From: an uncultured Alphaproteobacteria bacterium
GTDB taxonomy: Bacteria > Pseudomonadota > Alphaproteobacteria > RF32 > CAG-239
Assembly (NCBI GenBank): GCA_944391415.1
Contig: CALXTM010000005.1
Coordinates: 17,433 to 81,432 of the forward strand
Direction of reading: 5' to 3'
Length of the DNA: 64,000 bases
Below the pieces are notes generated by a model, which saw nothing but the letters and a program-made list of their open reading frames with translations, searched no databases and had not been told where the DNA came from. The translations under genes and the position numbers were made by a program. This document shows, in pieces, positions 1-9,496 of the stretch (positions are counted from its first letter, which is position 1; the number at the start of each line of letters is the position of its first letter).

Positions 1-189
1 CTAAAGAGATTTGTAAGTCTTCCGGTTGGCGTTTTGGAAAAAAGAGAATCTTTGGAACAACTTCGCGCTCTGGAAAACGGCATGACCATTCGTGCCAAAA
101 TCATCGACAAGATAAAATTAATTGACGAGGCTCCCGCCGATGTCAACACTCCTGAGGAATATCAGGCTGCCCTCAAATGGATTAAATAG
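1..189 (+). CDS. kdsB: 3-deoxy-manno-octulosonate cytidylyltransferase (CMP-KDO synthetase), C-terminal fragment; 5' end lies outside the window
   Basis: Frame 1 reads [35 protein letters not shown]...[15 protein letters not shown], with TAG at 187-189. The LEQLR-LENG and xTPE(E/D) motifs resemble KdsB C-termini. Confidence 0.55.
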   Translation, partial: LKRFVSLPVGVLEKRESLEQLRALENGMTIRAKIIDKIKLIDEAPADVNTPEEYQAALKWIK

Positions 190-203
190 TCAAACAAAAT
201 TTT

Positions 204-243
204 AAAAAAATAGCACTTTCATTAAAGAAAGTGCTATTTTTTT
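204..243. terminator. Bidirectional rho-independent terminator between kdsB and the HAD gene
   Basis: Stem tagcactttc (211-220) pairs with gaaagtgcta (227-236). It is flanked by an A-run (204-210) and a T-run (237-243). Confidence 0.7.
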
Positions 244-247
244 AATC

Positions 248-1126
248 TCATTTTTGGAACAACGGCCCATCTGGAATTCGCTTCCAGACATACCAAGGTC
301 TTGCCATTACCTCTTGCCTGGCAAGATAGGCGTCCAATGACAATCCCAGCCGTTTCATCTCGTATTCGGCAACTCCGCCCTCCAAGGTCAAAATTGCCTC
401 AATACCGGCCATTTTGGCCCCTTTTATGTCTAAACAGGTAGCTCCTATCATCACGATATCCCGCTTCTTTACCTTCGGACAATAGCGCTTCAAAAGAAGC
501 TCATATATCCGGGGATCAGGCTTACCATAATAGATAACCTTACCGCCGGCTCTCTCAAAGATGCGGCCAATAATACCCTGGCGTACAACAAAATGTCCGC
601 CCTCGTTGGCGCGCATGTCTGGATTTGCCACAATCATCGGCTTTCCGCTCAATGCCAACTGCTGCACCGCGGCAGTGAAATCACTTTCATGTACCGAGTC
701 TTTCAGGCCGCCATCAGCGTCTTTTATTTGCGGAATGCCGCAATAGATGAAGTCGGCCTTTGACACATCGTCAACCCGCTCATACATTGAGTCTTTGAAG
801 ATATCAGGTATCGGATCTGACCTCTTGAAGTTTGCCGTTCCGAAGAGATAGTATTTATTCCCGGCAACCGGCAAATTCCCAGCCTTGATATCCTCATAAG
901 CAAACTGCCCCGATGTCAATAAATCGGTGTAATGCACACCTTTTATCACACCGGCTTTAGCATAGCTTTTCTCCGTGGCCTCATTGGTTGCCGTGGTATT
1001 GGACAAGATATAAATTCTCCGTCCTTCATTCATCCATTTGGCAAACACATCCAGAACTGTCTTTGACACCCCTGCGCCGAAATTAAAGACGCCATCAGCT
1101 CCCGAAATTATCACTTTTTTTGTCAT
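248..1126 (-). CDS. HAD-superfamily class IIA-like hydrolase
   Basis: ORF 248..1162. The ATG at 1126 gives MTKKVIISGADGVFNFG... It has an ILSNTT block and a C-terminal GKPDP...MIGA..D..GA block typical of HAD-IIA sugar-phosphatase-like proteins. Confidence 0.6.
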   Translation of the reverse strand: MTKKVIISGADGVFNFGAGVSKTVLDVFAKWMNEGRRIYILSNTTATNEATEKSYAKAGVIKGVHYTDLLTSGQFAYEDIKAGNLPVAGNKYYLFGTANFKRSDPIPDIFKDSMYERVDDVSKADFIYCGIPQIKDADGGLKDSVHESDFTAAVQQLALSGKPMIVANPDMRANEGGHFVVRQGIIGRIFERAGGKVIYYGKPDPRIYELLLKRYCPKVKKRDIVMIGATCLDIKGAKMAGIEAILTLEGGVAEYEMKRLGLSLDAYLARQEVMARPWYVWKRIPDGPLFQK

Positions 1127-1232
1127 AAAAATAAAATTTAAGTTAATTATAAATAAACACATATAATGTCATAGCACTGTCTTAGACAAAAATCAACAAC
1201 TTTTGTCTTAAAAAACAAATAATCTGCAAAAT

Positions 1233-2096
1233 TTAATTTTTGATCAATATCAAAGGCAAAACCAAAACAAACGCCAAGATTCCAAAAATCAACTGATTTT
1301 TCCATGTTTGCTCTTTGTATTTAACGGCCGAAGCAATCATCACCACCGGCGCTGCCATTCGCATAAACACCGCCACGAACGACACCGGCAATAAATTAAT
1401 TGAAGCATATACGATTAAAAATTCTGAGACCGTATAAACAACACCTGCAATTGCCACATCTTTATTGCGAAATATATTGCGGTAATCATTTTTTGAGATA
1501 CCATATATCAAACAAGCCACCCACATCGCCACTGATGAAAACAACAAATGCGGATACCAGCCAATCTTGGGGATTGCTAAGTGATCAAACACACTAAAAG
1601 CGGCTCCCAACAATATTATCACGACAAAATAAAATTTTCCCCTACATGACAGCCGTCTTGCATCTCCGCGCAAGACAAAAATCAATCCCAAACCGCCAAG
1701 GGCATAAATACAAAGCAACTGCGACCACAACAATCCCTCACGGAAAAACACATTATTTACCATCGAGCCCAGTGCCATCGCCACAAATCCAAAAAACACC
1801 GATGAAGACGTGCTGTCTTTATTAATTACCTGTTGCAATTTTATCATAAACCACAACAAAATTCCTTTAATCAGACTCAACATCAGATAAGGCGACGTCA
1901 TAATTGCCCCAAAGTCATCAAGCAACAAATTTCCAAAAACTGGAAATGTAACCGCCAACCCTACCATTAGCCATGTACTGGTAAAAGCCGCCGACAATTC
2001 TGCCGGAAAATACCTTGCACATGGCTTATACAAAAACGGCCTCGCAATCATTGAGGCAAAAATCAAAAATCCGATAAAAATTTGCAATCCCGTCAT
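1233..2096 (-). CDS. Polytopic inner-membrane protein, about 10 TM, possibly DMT/EamA-like
   Basis: ORF 1233..2108. The first codon is TTG and an ATG lies at 2096. The protein is uniformly hydrophobic with about 10 predicted helices; I recognised no diagnostic motif. Confidence 0.4.
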   Translation of the reverse strand: MTGLQIFIGFLIFASMIARPFLYKPCARYFPAELSAAFTSTWLMVGLAVTFPVFGNLLLDDFGAIMTSPYLMLSLIKGILLWFMIKLQQVINKDSTSSSVFFGFVAMALGSMVNNVFFREGLLWSQLLCIYALGGLGLIFVLRGDARRLSCRGKFYFVVIILLGAAFSVFDHLAIPKIGWYPHLLFSSVAMWVACLIYGISKNDYRNIFRNKDVAIAGVVYTVSEFLIVYASINLLPVSFVAVFMRMAAPVVMIASAVKYKEQTWKNQLIFGILAFVLVLPLILIKN

Positions 2097-2171
2097 CTCA
2101 CAAAACAACCTTTCATCAAGTATATCTCATATACTGCAAAAAAATCTCAGCCAAGTAAAGCAAAAAACTAA

Positions 2172-2200
2172 TTGATTCTAACTGCTTTTTGTGATATAAA
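2172..2200 (+). promoter_or_regulatory. Candidate sigma70 promoter for the LDH/MDH-like gene
   Basis: TTGATT (2172-2177), a 17-nt spacer, then TATAAA (2195-2200), about 30 nt upstream of the ATG at 2231. Confidence 0.4.
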
Positions 2201-2230
2201 TTTTGTGTTAACAATTACAAATATAGAATT

Positions 2231-3223
2231 ATGAAAAAAATTTTTATTTATGGCTCCGGCCAATTAGGTATCAATGCTGCGGCTTATCTTCTTGCCTCGC
2301 GCCAACAAGGTATTGCCGAAGTGGTTTTGTTTTCACCCCACAACTTCAAACGGGTTGAAGGGGCTATTGCGGATTTGAGTGACACTCAAGCCATGATAGG
2401 CCAAACCCCGGGCTGGCATTTTAAGGCAAGCGGCAATGTTGCCGACATGGCCGAAAGCGACTTCATATTTTTCTGTGCCGGAAAATTTCCCAAGTCGGAA
2501 GAATATGTCGAAGCCGCCAAGAAAGGTATTGATGATAGGCTTTTGCAGGCTATTCAAAACATCGATCTTCTCAAAGATTTTTGTAACAATGTAAGACAGC
2601 TAAGCCCCAAGGCCAAAGTCTTCATTATCACCAATCCGGTTGATCTGATGACCGACATTGCCCGCGAGAACCTTCCTAATCAGGAGGTTTATGGCCTCGG
2701 ATGCTACCTTGATACCGCAAGGTTTAAGCGCGAGCTTAAAGAGCTGCTGGAAGAAAGAGGCATCACCGTCGACATTGCCGCTATTTCGGCGTGGATTCTT
2801 GGGCATCACTGCGGCAGCATGTTCCTGCATAGGGGGAGTTTGTATTTTCCTGGCATTGACAAGTGTCAAAACCTTGAAGACATTCTCCAAACAGCTCTTG
2901 CAAAGACACGCTCTCGCGGTCTTACCATAACCAACATCAATGCTGCCGCGGCCGACAAAAAAATCAACAACGGTGCTTATTTTGCCCCTGCAGTTATGAT
3001 TGCCAATGTTATGAGCGCCTGTGCCGGCGACACTGCTTTGGAACTTCCACTCAATCGCCTTATCGCGGATGGAGAATTCTCCGGACGCTCGGCTCAGCTC
3101 TTAGCTAAGATTGAGACCGGCCGCATAACACCAATCCGTCTCAATTTTACGGACGATGATACACAGATGCTTAAAGCAAGCATCCTTGGGCAGACAAAAT
3201 CTCGAAAAGCCATCGGCCTTTAA
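2231..3223 (+). CDS. Divergent L-lactate/malate dehydrogenase family protein
   Basis: GSGQLG Rossmann motif at the N-terminus, IITNPVD, GLGCYLDTARFK (the D/R pair of LDH/MDH) and GHHCGSM (catalytic His position). The substrate-specificity loop is atypical. Confidence 0.65.
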   Translation: MKKIFIYGSGQLGINAAAYLLASRQQGIAEVVLFSPHNFKRVEGAIADLSDTQAMIGQTPGWHFKASGNVADMAESDFIFFCAGKFPKSEEYVEAAKKGIDDRLLQAIQNIDLLKDFCNNVRQLSPKAKVFIITNPVDLMTDIARENLPNQEVYGLGCYLDTARFKRELKELLEERGITVDIAAISAWILGHHCGSMFLHRGSLYFPGIDKCQNLEDILQTALAKTRSRGLTITNINAAAADKKINNGAYFAPAVMIANVMSACAGDTALELPLNRLIADGEFSGRSAQLLAKIETGRITPIRLNFTDDDTQMLKASILGQTKSRKAIGL

Positions 3224-3230
3224 GACACCA

Positions 3231-3266
3231 AAAAACGCTTACTTAAAAATTAAGTAAGCGTTTTTG
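3231..3266. terminator. Bidirectional terminator between the LDH-like and HAD genes
   Basis: cgcttactta (3236-3245) pairs with taagtaagcg (3251-3260), flanked by an A-run and a T-run. Confidence 0.7.
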
Positions 3267-3279
3267 CTTTTTGCCGTAG

Positions 3280-3945
3280 CTATTCCATGGTTGTGTTTTT
3301 CCTCAACCATTCTTTCAGCTCTTCCAGGCTGTTAACCTCCGGCACATCTTTCAAATCTTCCGGCAAATCAGTCGTAAACTCACATCTGTATCTTATCGGA
3401 TGCGCCCCGACATTAATCGCCGCATATTGGTTATAGATTCTGTCATCAACCAAAATAGTTTCTTCAGGCTTTAAATTATATTTGGCAAAACATTCTTTCA
3501 ACATATCTTCTTTAGCCGAATCATGCATAAACTTTCCGTGTTGCACACACTCAATAGTTAAGAAATCCGTAACTTCCGCCAACAATTGATTCAAAAACCG
3601 CTTTTTGGTTTCAACATCAAACGTTGCCGACATTGTAAACTGGCGATATCCTTTGTCATGAAGTTCTTTTAGTGTTTCAACCACCCCCGGATACAACGGA
3701 CGATTAGTAAAAAATTCCGGTGAGTGGCAAAAATCATAATCCATATCTTTGCCCATTGTCGGATGTGTCTTAAGCTCCAATGCTCCGTATTTCGGCACAA
3801 TCGGCAATACTTTGGGCAAATCTTCCCATTTTATGTCTTTATACATTGGTGCATACTTTGGATGTTTAGTCAAAAAATTAAAATAAGCATAATTCAAATT
3901 AGCCAAAACACCGTCAACATCCCAAAATATATTTTTTATAATCAT
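3280..3945 (-). CDS. HAD-superfamily hydrolase, nucleotidase-like
   Basis: N-terminal IFWDVDGVLANL (DxDGV nucleophile motif) and VDDRIYN near the C-terminus. Size is 221 aa. Confidence 0.6.
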   Translation of the reverse strand: MIIKNIFWDVDGVLANLNYAYFNFLTKHPKYAPMYKDIKWEDLPKVLPIVPKYGALELKTHPTMGKDMDYDFCHSPEFFTNRPLYPGVVETLKELHDKGYRQFTMSATFDVETKKRFLNQLLAEVTDFLTIECVQHGKFMHDSAKEDMLKECFAKYNLKPEETILVDDRIYNQYAAINVGAHPIRYRCEFTTDLPEDLKDVPEVNSLEELKEWLRKNTTME

Positions 3946-4110
3946 GTTAGCGTCCTCAAATAAATTAAACTGATATTGATTCTACATATTCTTTTTTAAA
4001 TTTTAAACCTTTTTTTACAAGTTTTTACTTTTGCTGTATCTCAAAATTCACTACCGATTACTATAATTTGTATTTTATATCTCTAATCAAATTGAGATAA
4101 AAGCATTATT

Positions 4111-4268
4111 ACCCCATGGTTGTGTTTTTCCTCAACCACTCTTTCAGTTTATTATTGCTTATATCCTCTTTGATTAAAATATTTTAATGTCTCAACCACT
4201 CCTAGATGTAACGAAAGATTGGTAAAAAACCCATCAACATCCCCAAAAAATATTTTTTATTTGTACAT
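4111..4268 (-). pseudogene. Decayed, internally deleted copy of the adjacent HAD hydrolase gene (3280..3945)
   Basis: 4114-4147 matches 3285-3318 at 33 of 34 nt. 4160-4230 aligns with 3645-3720. 4231-4268 aligns with 3910-3948 including the start region. The reading frame is broken (MYK then stop). Confidence 0.75.
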
Positions 4269-4290
4269 TTTCCTAAGATATTCTTGCTAT

Positions 4291-4317
4291 TTGAATTATG
4301 CCGATATATTTTATAAT
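4291..4317 (+). promoter_or_regulatory. Candidate promoter for glgX
   Basis: TTGAAT (4291-4296), a 15-nt spacer, then TATAAT (4312-4317). The spacer is short. RBS acggagg lies at 4333-4339. Confidence 0.3.
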
Positions 4318-4345
4318 CCTCTAGACCACATAACGGAGGCCGCAA

Positions 4346-6454
4346 ATGTCTGACAACTTTCTTTTAGGCGCAAACTATACACCACAAAAAACCATATTTA
4401 CCATTGCCTCAGAACATGCCTCCAGCATTGAACTTTGCTTGTTTTCGGCCGATGAAAGCCAAGAAATCCGTGTTCCGCTGACACGCCGCGGCAACTTATG
4501 GCTAACCGAGATTAAGGGGCTGCAACCGGGCCAAAAATATGGCTATCGTGCTTATGGCGAATATAACCCGTCCAAAGGTCTGTTTTTTAATCCTCACAAA
4601 TTAGCCATGGACCCATACGCGCTGGAAGTCTCGTCTTCGTTTAACAATTGGCAGTCAGAGCTCTTAAGTGTTGAAAACAACGCTGATACGGCCTCAATCA
4701 TGCCCAAAGCTGTTTTGGTTGACACCAATGATCTTTTTGATATTACGCGCTATCCCCACCTTAATCGTCGCCCCAGTTTTTCTATTGAGCAAAATTCTAT
4801 TTATGAAACCCATATCAAAAATTTTTCTTTTCTCAATCACAATGTTCCGAATTTTAAACGTGGCAAATTTTTGGCTTTGGCCGATGATTGGACAATCGCA
4901 TATTTCAAACAACTTGGTGTCAACAATATTGAGCTGATGCCAATAACTCCGACCTGTCCGGGGCGGCAGATTCCCGAGACAAACGGCCGTGATGACAACT
5001 GGGGATATAACCCCTATTGCTATTTTGCCGTTGATCCTCGCTATGGTTCCATCAAAGATTTGGTCGAGGTTATAAACAAACTCCATCAACACAACATCAA
5101 AGTAACCGTTGATGCTGTTCTCAACCACACCGGCGAACACGATGCCCGTGGCTACTGGAACAGAGCCTTGTCCTTCAAACTTCTGGACAGCCTCAATTAT
5201 TATCGCCCGGCTGGCAACAATCTGGCCGACTATATGAATGCCACCGGCTGTGGCAATAATTTCAACCTTGATTCCCCCTTGGGGCACAAACTTCTCCACG
5301 ATTACATAAGCTATATGCATCGTTTGGGCTTTGATGGCATCCGTTGGGACTTAGCCGGCGACAATGCTCTAAATGAACACGGCGTTTTTCAAAATAATGG
5401 TGCTTTTATTCAAGAGCTCAAATTTGCTGTCAACAATCTTAATATGGAAATGTATGTAGAACCGTGGAGCGCCCTTGGTGGTAATTACACCGGGCGTTTT
5501 TGCTCTTTGGTTCCCGGCGTTAAAGAATGGAGCGACAAACGGCGCAATTTTGTGGCAGATTTTTTCAGTGCCAGAGAAAACACTTCTGCCGAATTCGGCC
5601 ACCAAATTTCCGGGTCATCAATTATTGACCATGCCAACCACAAAACCGCTGTCGTTGGCACAGCTTTTACTCATGACGGCTTTAGCCTGGTTGGAGCGTT
5701 CAAATACCACAAAGACACCACCCCAAACGGCGAAGACGGGCGTGACGGCAGTCCCGATATCTATGCCAAATCCACCAACAATGACGAACTTTATCGCCGT
5801 GCCTTAAGCGCTGCTGCGCTAAACATCCTAAGCAAAGGCATACCCTTGCTGCGCAATGGTGACGAGCTTAGCTATGCATCACCCAACAACAATCCCTATT
5901 CCATTGACGACAGCAGTGTCTGGCTCCATTGGAAAAATCTCAACCACAATGAAAAAAGGTTGTTTAAGCATATCTGCCGGCTCAATGCGCTGCGACACGA
6001 CCATCCGGTATTTCATAGCCTTGATTTATACACCGGTGAGATTAATCCGCTCAATGGCGCCAAAGACATTACCTGGTTGCGTCCCGACAGTTCTGAAATG
6101 ACCGAAAACGAGTGGAAACAGCCTCATCACAAAACCGGTGCTTACATGTTAAACGGGGCCTCTCTCAAACACCATGCTCATGATGATGATTTTTTAATTA
6201 TGGCCTCTGGCGACAATTATCATACCGTACATTATACTTTGCCAACCCCTCCCTCTGGCGGAAATTGGCAGCTTATTTTTGACACCTCGGAGTCAAATTC
6301 CGACAATACCAACCGACAATTTGCTCCCGGCAGTCAATATGCTCTCAAACCCTATTCTTTTGTGGTTATGACCCGCAAAAAATCTAGTAATATTGAACAT
6401 CAACACCGCCGCTTAAATATTAATCTAAAAGCACTTAAAACTAATTCGAGATAA
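4346..6454 (+). CDS. glgX: Glycogen debranching enzyme (GH13 isoamylase type)
   Basis: 702 aa. The N-terminal CBM48-like region contains QKYGYRAYGEYNP. GH13 blocks are present: DAVLNHTG, GFDGIRWDLAG, EPW and FTHDGFSL. Confidence 0.85.
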   Translation: MSDNFLLGANYTPQKTIFTIASEHASSIELCLFSADESQEIRVPLTRRGNLWLTEIKGLQPGQKYGYRAYGEYNPSKGLFFNPHKLAMDPYALEVSSSFNNWQSELLSVENNADTASIMPKAVLVDTNDLFDITRYPHLNRRPSFSIEQNSIYETHIKNFSFLNHNVPNFKRGKFLALADDWTIAYFKQLGVNNIELMPITPTCPGRQIPETNGRDDNWGYNPYCYFAVDPRYGSIKDLVEVINKLHQHNIKVTVDAVLNHTGEHDARGYWNRALSFKLLDSLNYYRPAGNNLADYMNATGCGNNFNLDSPLGHKLLHDYISYMHRLGFDGIRWDLAGDNALNEHGVFQNNGAFIQELKFAVNNLNMEMYVEPWSALGGNYTGRFCSLVPGVKEWSDKRRNFVADFFSARENTSAEFGHQISGSSIIDHANHKTAVVGTAFTHDGFSLVGAFKYHKDTTPNGEDGRDGSPDIYAKSTNNDELYRRALSAAALNILSKGIPLLRNGDELSYASPNNNPYSIDDSSVWLHWKNLNHNEKRLFKHICRLNALRHDHPVFHSLDLYTGEINPLNGAKDITWLRPDSSEMTENEWKQPHHKTGAYMLNGASLKHHAHDDDFLIMASGDNYHTVHYTLPTPPSGGNWQLIFDTSESNSDNTNRQFAPGSQYALKPYSFVVMTRKKSSNIEHQHRRLNINLKALKTNSR

Positions 6455-6461
6455 TAAACTT

Positions 6462-6576
6462 CCACTAGCTAACGCAAGTGGTATTACCTGTTCCGAACTA
6501 CGTTCGCCCTGCCCAAAGGCTTCGCAAGCCTAACGGCTGGGCAGGTATGTCTACATCTACCTGCTTACGCAGGTAG
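6462..6576 (+). other. Cluster of four stem-loops between the glgX stop and the terminator (structured 3' UTR or candidate small RNA)
   Basis: Hairpins are ccact/agtgg (6462-6481), cgaac/gttcg (6494-6506), a nested cctgccca/tgggcagg (6508-6545) enclosing aggctt/aagcct (6517-6531), and ctacctgc/gcaggtag (6557-6576). Confidence 0.4.
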
Positions 6577-6593
6577 TGTTACGTTCGAATCAT

Positions 6594-6628
6594 AAAAAAG
6601 CTCCTGCATTTTGCAGGAGCTTTTTTTT
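6594..6628. terminator. Bidirectional terminator shared by glgX and groEL
   Basis: gctcctgca (6600-6608) pairs with tgcaggagc (6612-6620), with a preceding A-run and a T8 run at 6621-6628. Confidence 0.8.
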
Positions 6629-6641
6629 AACCCAAATCGGA

Positions 6642-8294
<1,653 letters not shown>

Positions 8295-8311
8295 TTATAA
8301 TCCTCTCTTGT

Positions 8312-8602
8312 TTATTCTTCAATAACACCCAAAATTTCGGACTCTTTAACAATAAGTCTTTCTTCGCCGTTAACCTTCACCTCAGTTCCCGACCATTTAC
8401 CGAACAAAACCTTGTCTCCGACTTTGACATTAAGCGGAATAATCTTTCCGTCTTCGGTTCTGGCTCCGTCACCAACAGCCTCAACCAAACCCTCAGAAGG
8501 TTTTTCTTTTGCCGTATCGGGGATAATTATTCCTCCGGCAGTTTTAGTGTTTTCTTCCAATCTTTTAATCAACACACGATCATGCAAAGGTCTTATTTTC
8601 AT
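8312..8602 (-). CDS. groES: Co-chaperonin GroES
   Basis: 96 aa, [17 protein letters not shown]...[13 protein letters not shown], lying immediately upstream of groEL. Confidence 0.95.
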   Translation of the reverse strand: MKIRPLHDRVLIKRLEENTKTAGGIIIPDTAKEKPSEGLVEAVGDGARTEDGKIIPLNVKVGDKVLFGKWSGTEVKVNGEERLIVKESEILGVIEE

Positions 8603-8636
8603 CTTAAATACTCCTTATACTTTAACTCTAGAGCCT

Positions 8637-8666
8637 TAGTTAGTTATCAAAAAAGCCCTTGTCAAG
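8637..8666 (-). promoter_or_regulatory. Candidate heat-shock (RpoH-type) or sigma70 promoter of groESL
   Basis: The minus strand reads CTTGACA-N13-TAACTAACTAA. It can also be read as TTGACA-N17-TAACTA. The same CTTG...ACTAACTAA arrangement with identical spacing occurs upstream of htpG. Confidence 0.45.
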
Positions 8667-8675
8667 AGAACAAAC

Positions 8676-8712
8676 AAAAAAAATGCCTTTTTTTACAAAA
8701 GGCATTTTACAA
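8676..8712 (-). terminator. Terminator of the ion-channel gene
   Basis: Minus-strand stem aaaatgcctttt / aaaaggcatttt followed by a T-run. Confidence 0.7.
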
Positions 8713-8723
8713 TCAAACAATTT

Positions 8724-9473
8724 CTAGCCGTTTTTCTTAACTATTCCAACCACTTGGGATATTGCCGAGACCACAAAACTTACCATCAGCAAAAAAGATA
8801 CCAACACCACCGCGGCAAAGAATACCCATGCCTCAGGATACATCAACATCACCGGCCTTGCCACTGTTGTTGCCCACCCATCCAAGGTAAATATTTGCAA
8901 CAACGTAAACAACGCGCTTCCCAAATCGCCGAAAATAACAAAACTATCGCCGTAAAGATTAACCGCAATAATGGCAAAGCCATAGAAAAACACGGCAAAT
9001 ATTGCCAAAAACGATGCAAAAGACGGCAACAACTCTAAAAACACTTGCACCAAATTATGCATTTTATCAAAACGATTAACATATTTAAGCAACCTAAACA
9101 GTCTAAAAGTCCTAAGTACGATAAACGCGCTCATAAACGGCAATGACGACACCAACACGATGGTCAGATCAAAAATATTCCATCCCGACTGAAAGAACTT
9201 CCGTTTAAGTGCAAAAATTTTTAAGAACATCTCGGCCATAAATATGCCCATAAATACCCTATCGAGCAAAAATAAGCCGTTGTCAAAATAAAACTCCATT
9301 GTTGGCGATGTCATCAAACCAAGCACAATAGCATCTGCCAAAATTACCGCCATGATAAACATATCAAACGAAAACCCGGTTACTAATTTTGCCAGCCTCC
9401 GTTGATCATCGTTATAATATAGCTGCATAAACTTTTTAGCTGATTTTTTACTGTTTACCATTTTGTCCTCCAC
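8724..9473 (-). CDS. Voltage-gated ion channel, single 6-TM domain (BacNaV/NaChBac family-like)
   Basis: S4-like RTFRLFRLLKYVNRF and pore segment LQIFTLDGWATTV (compare the TLESW filter of BacNaVs). 249 aa, ending about 10 residues after S6. Confidence 0.7.
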   Translation of the reverse strand: MEDKMVNSKKSAKKFMQLYYNDDQRRLAKLVTGFSFDMFIMAVILADAIVLGLMTSPTMEFYFDNGLFLLDRVFMGIFMAEMFLKIFALKRKFFQSGWNIFDLTIVLVSSLPFMSAFIVLRTFRLFRLLKYVNRFDKMHNLVQVFLELLPSFASFLAIFAVFFYGFAIIAVNLYGDSFVIFGDLGSALFTLLQIFTLDGWATTVARPVMLMYPEAWVFFAAVVLVSFLLMVSFVVSAISQVVGIVKKNG

Positions 9474-9496
9474 ACCAAACTTTTTTTAATCATATC

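Noticed and set aside
6459-6596. Possible tRNA or tmRNA. A gttcgaatc string resembles a T-loop, and a frame reads ANASGITCSELRSPCPKASQA then stop, which is superficially tag-like.
   Set aside because: The bases flanking the T-loop-like string cannot form a T-arm or an acceptor stem. There is no CCA-proximal structure. The would-be tag is Cys-rich and lacks the usual hydrophobic ALAA-type ending. I kept it only as an unexplained structured element.
8603-8680. CIRCE (HrcA) operator upstream of groES.
   Set aside because: No TTAGCACTC-N9-GAGTGCTAA-like inverted repeat is present. Only a short ctctagag palindrome occurs.
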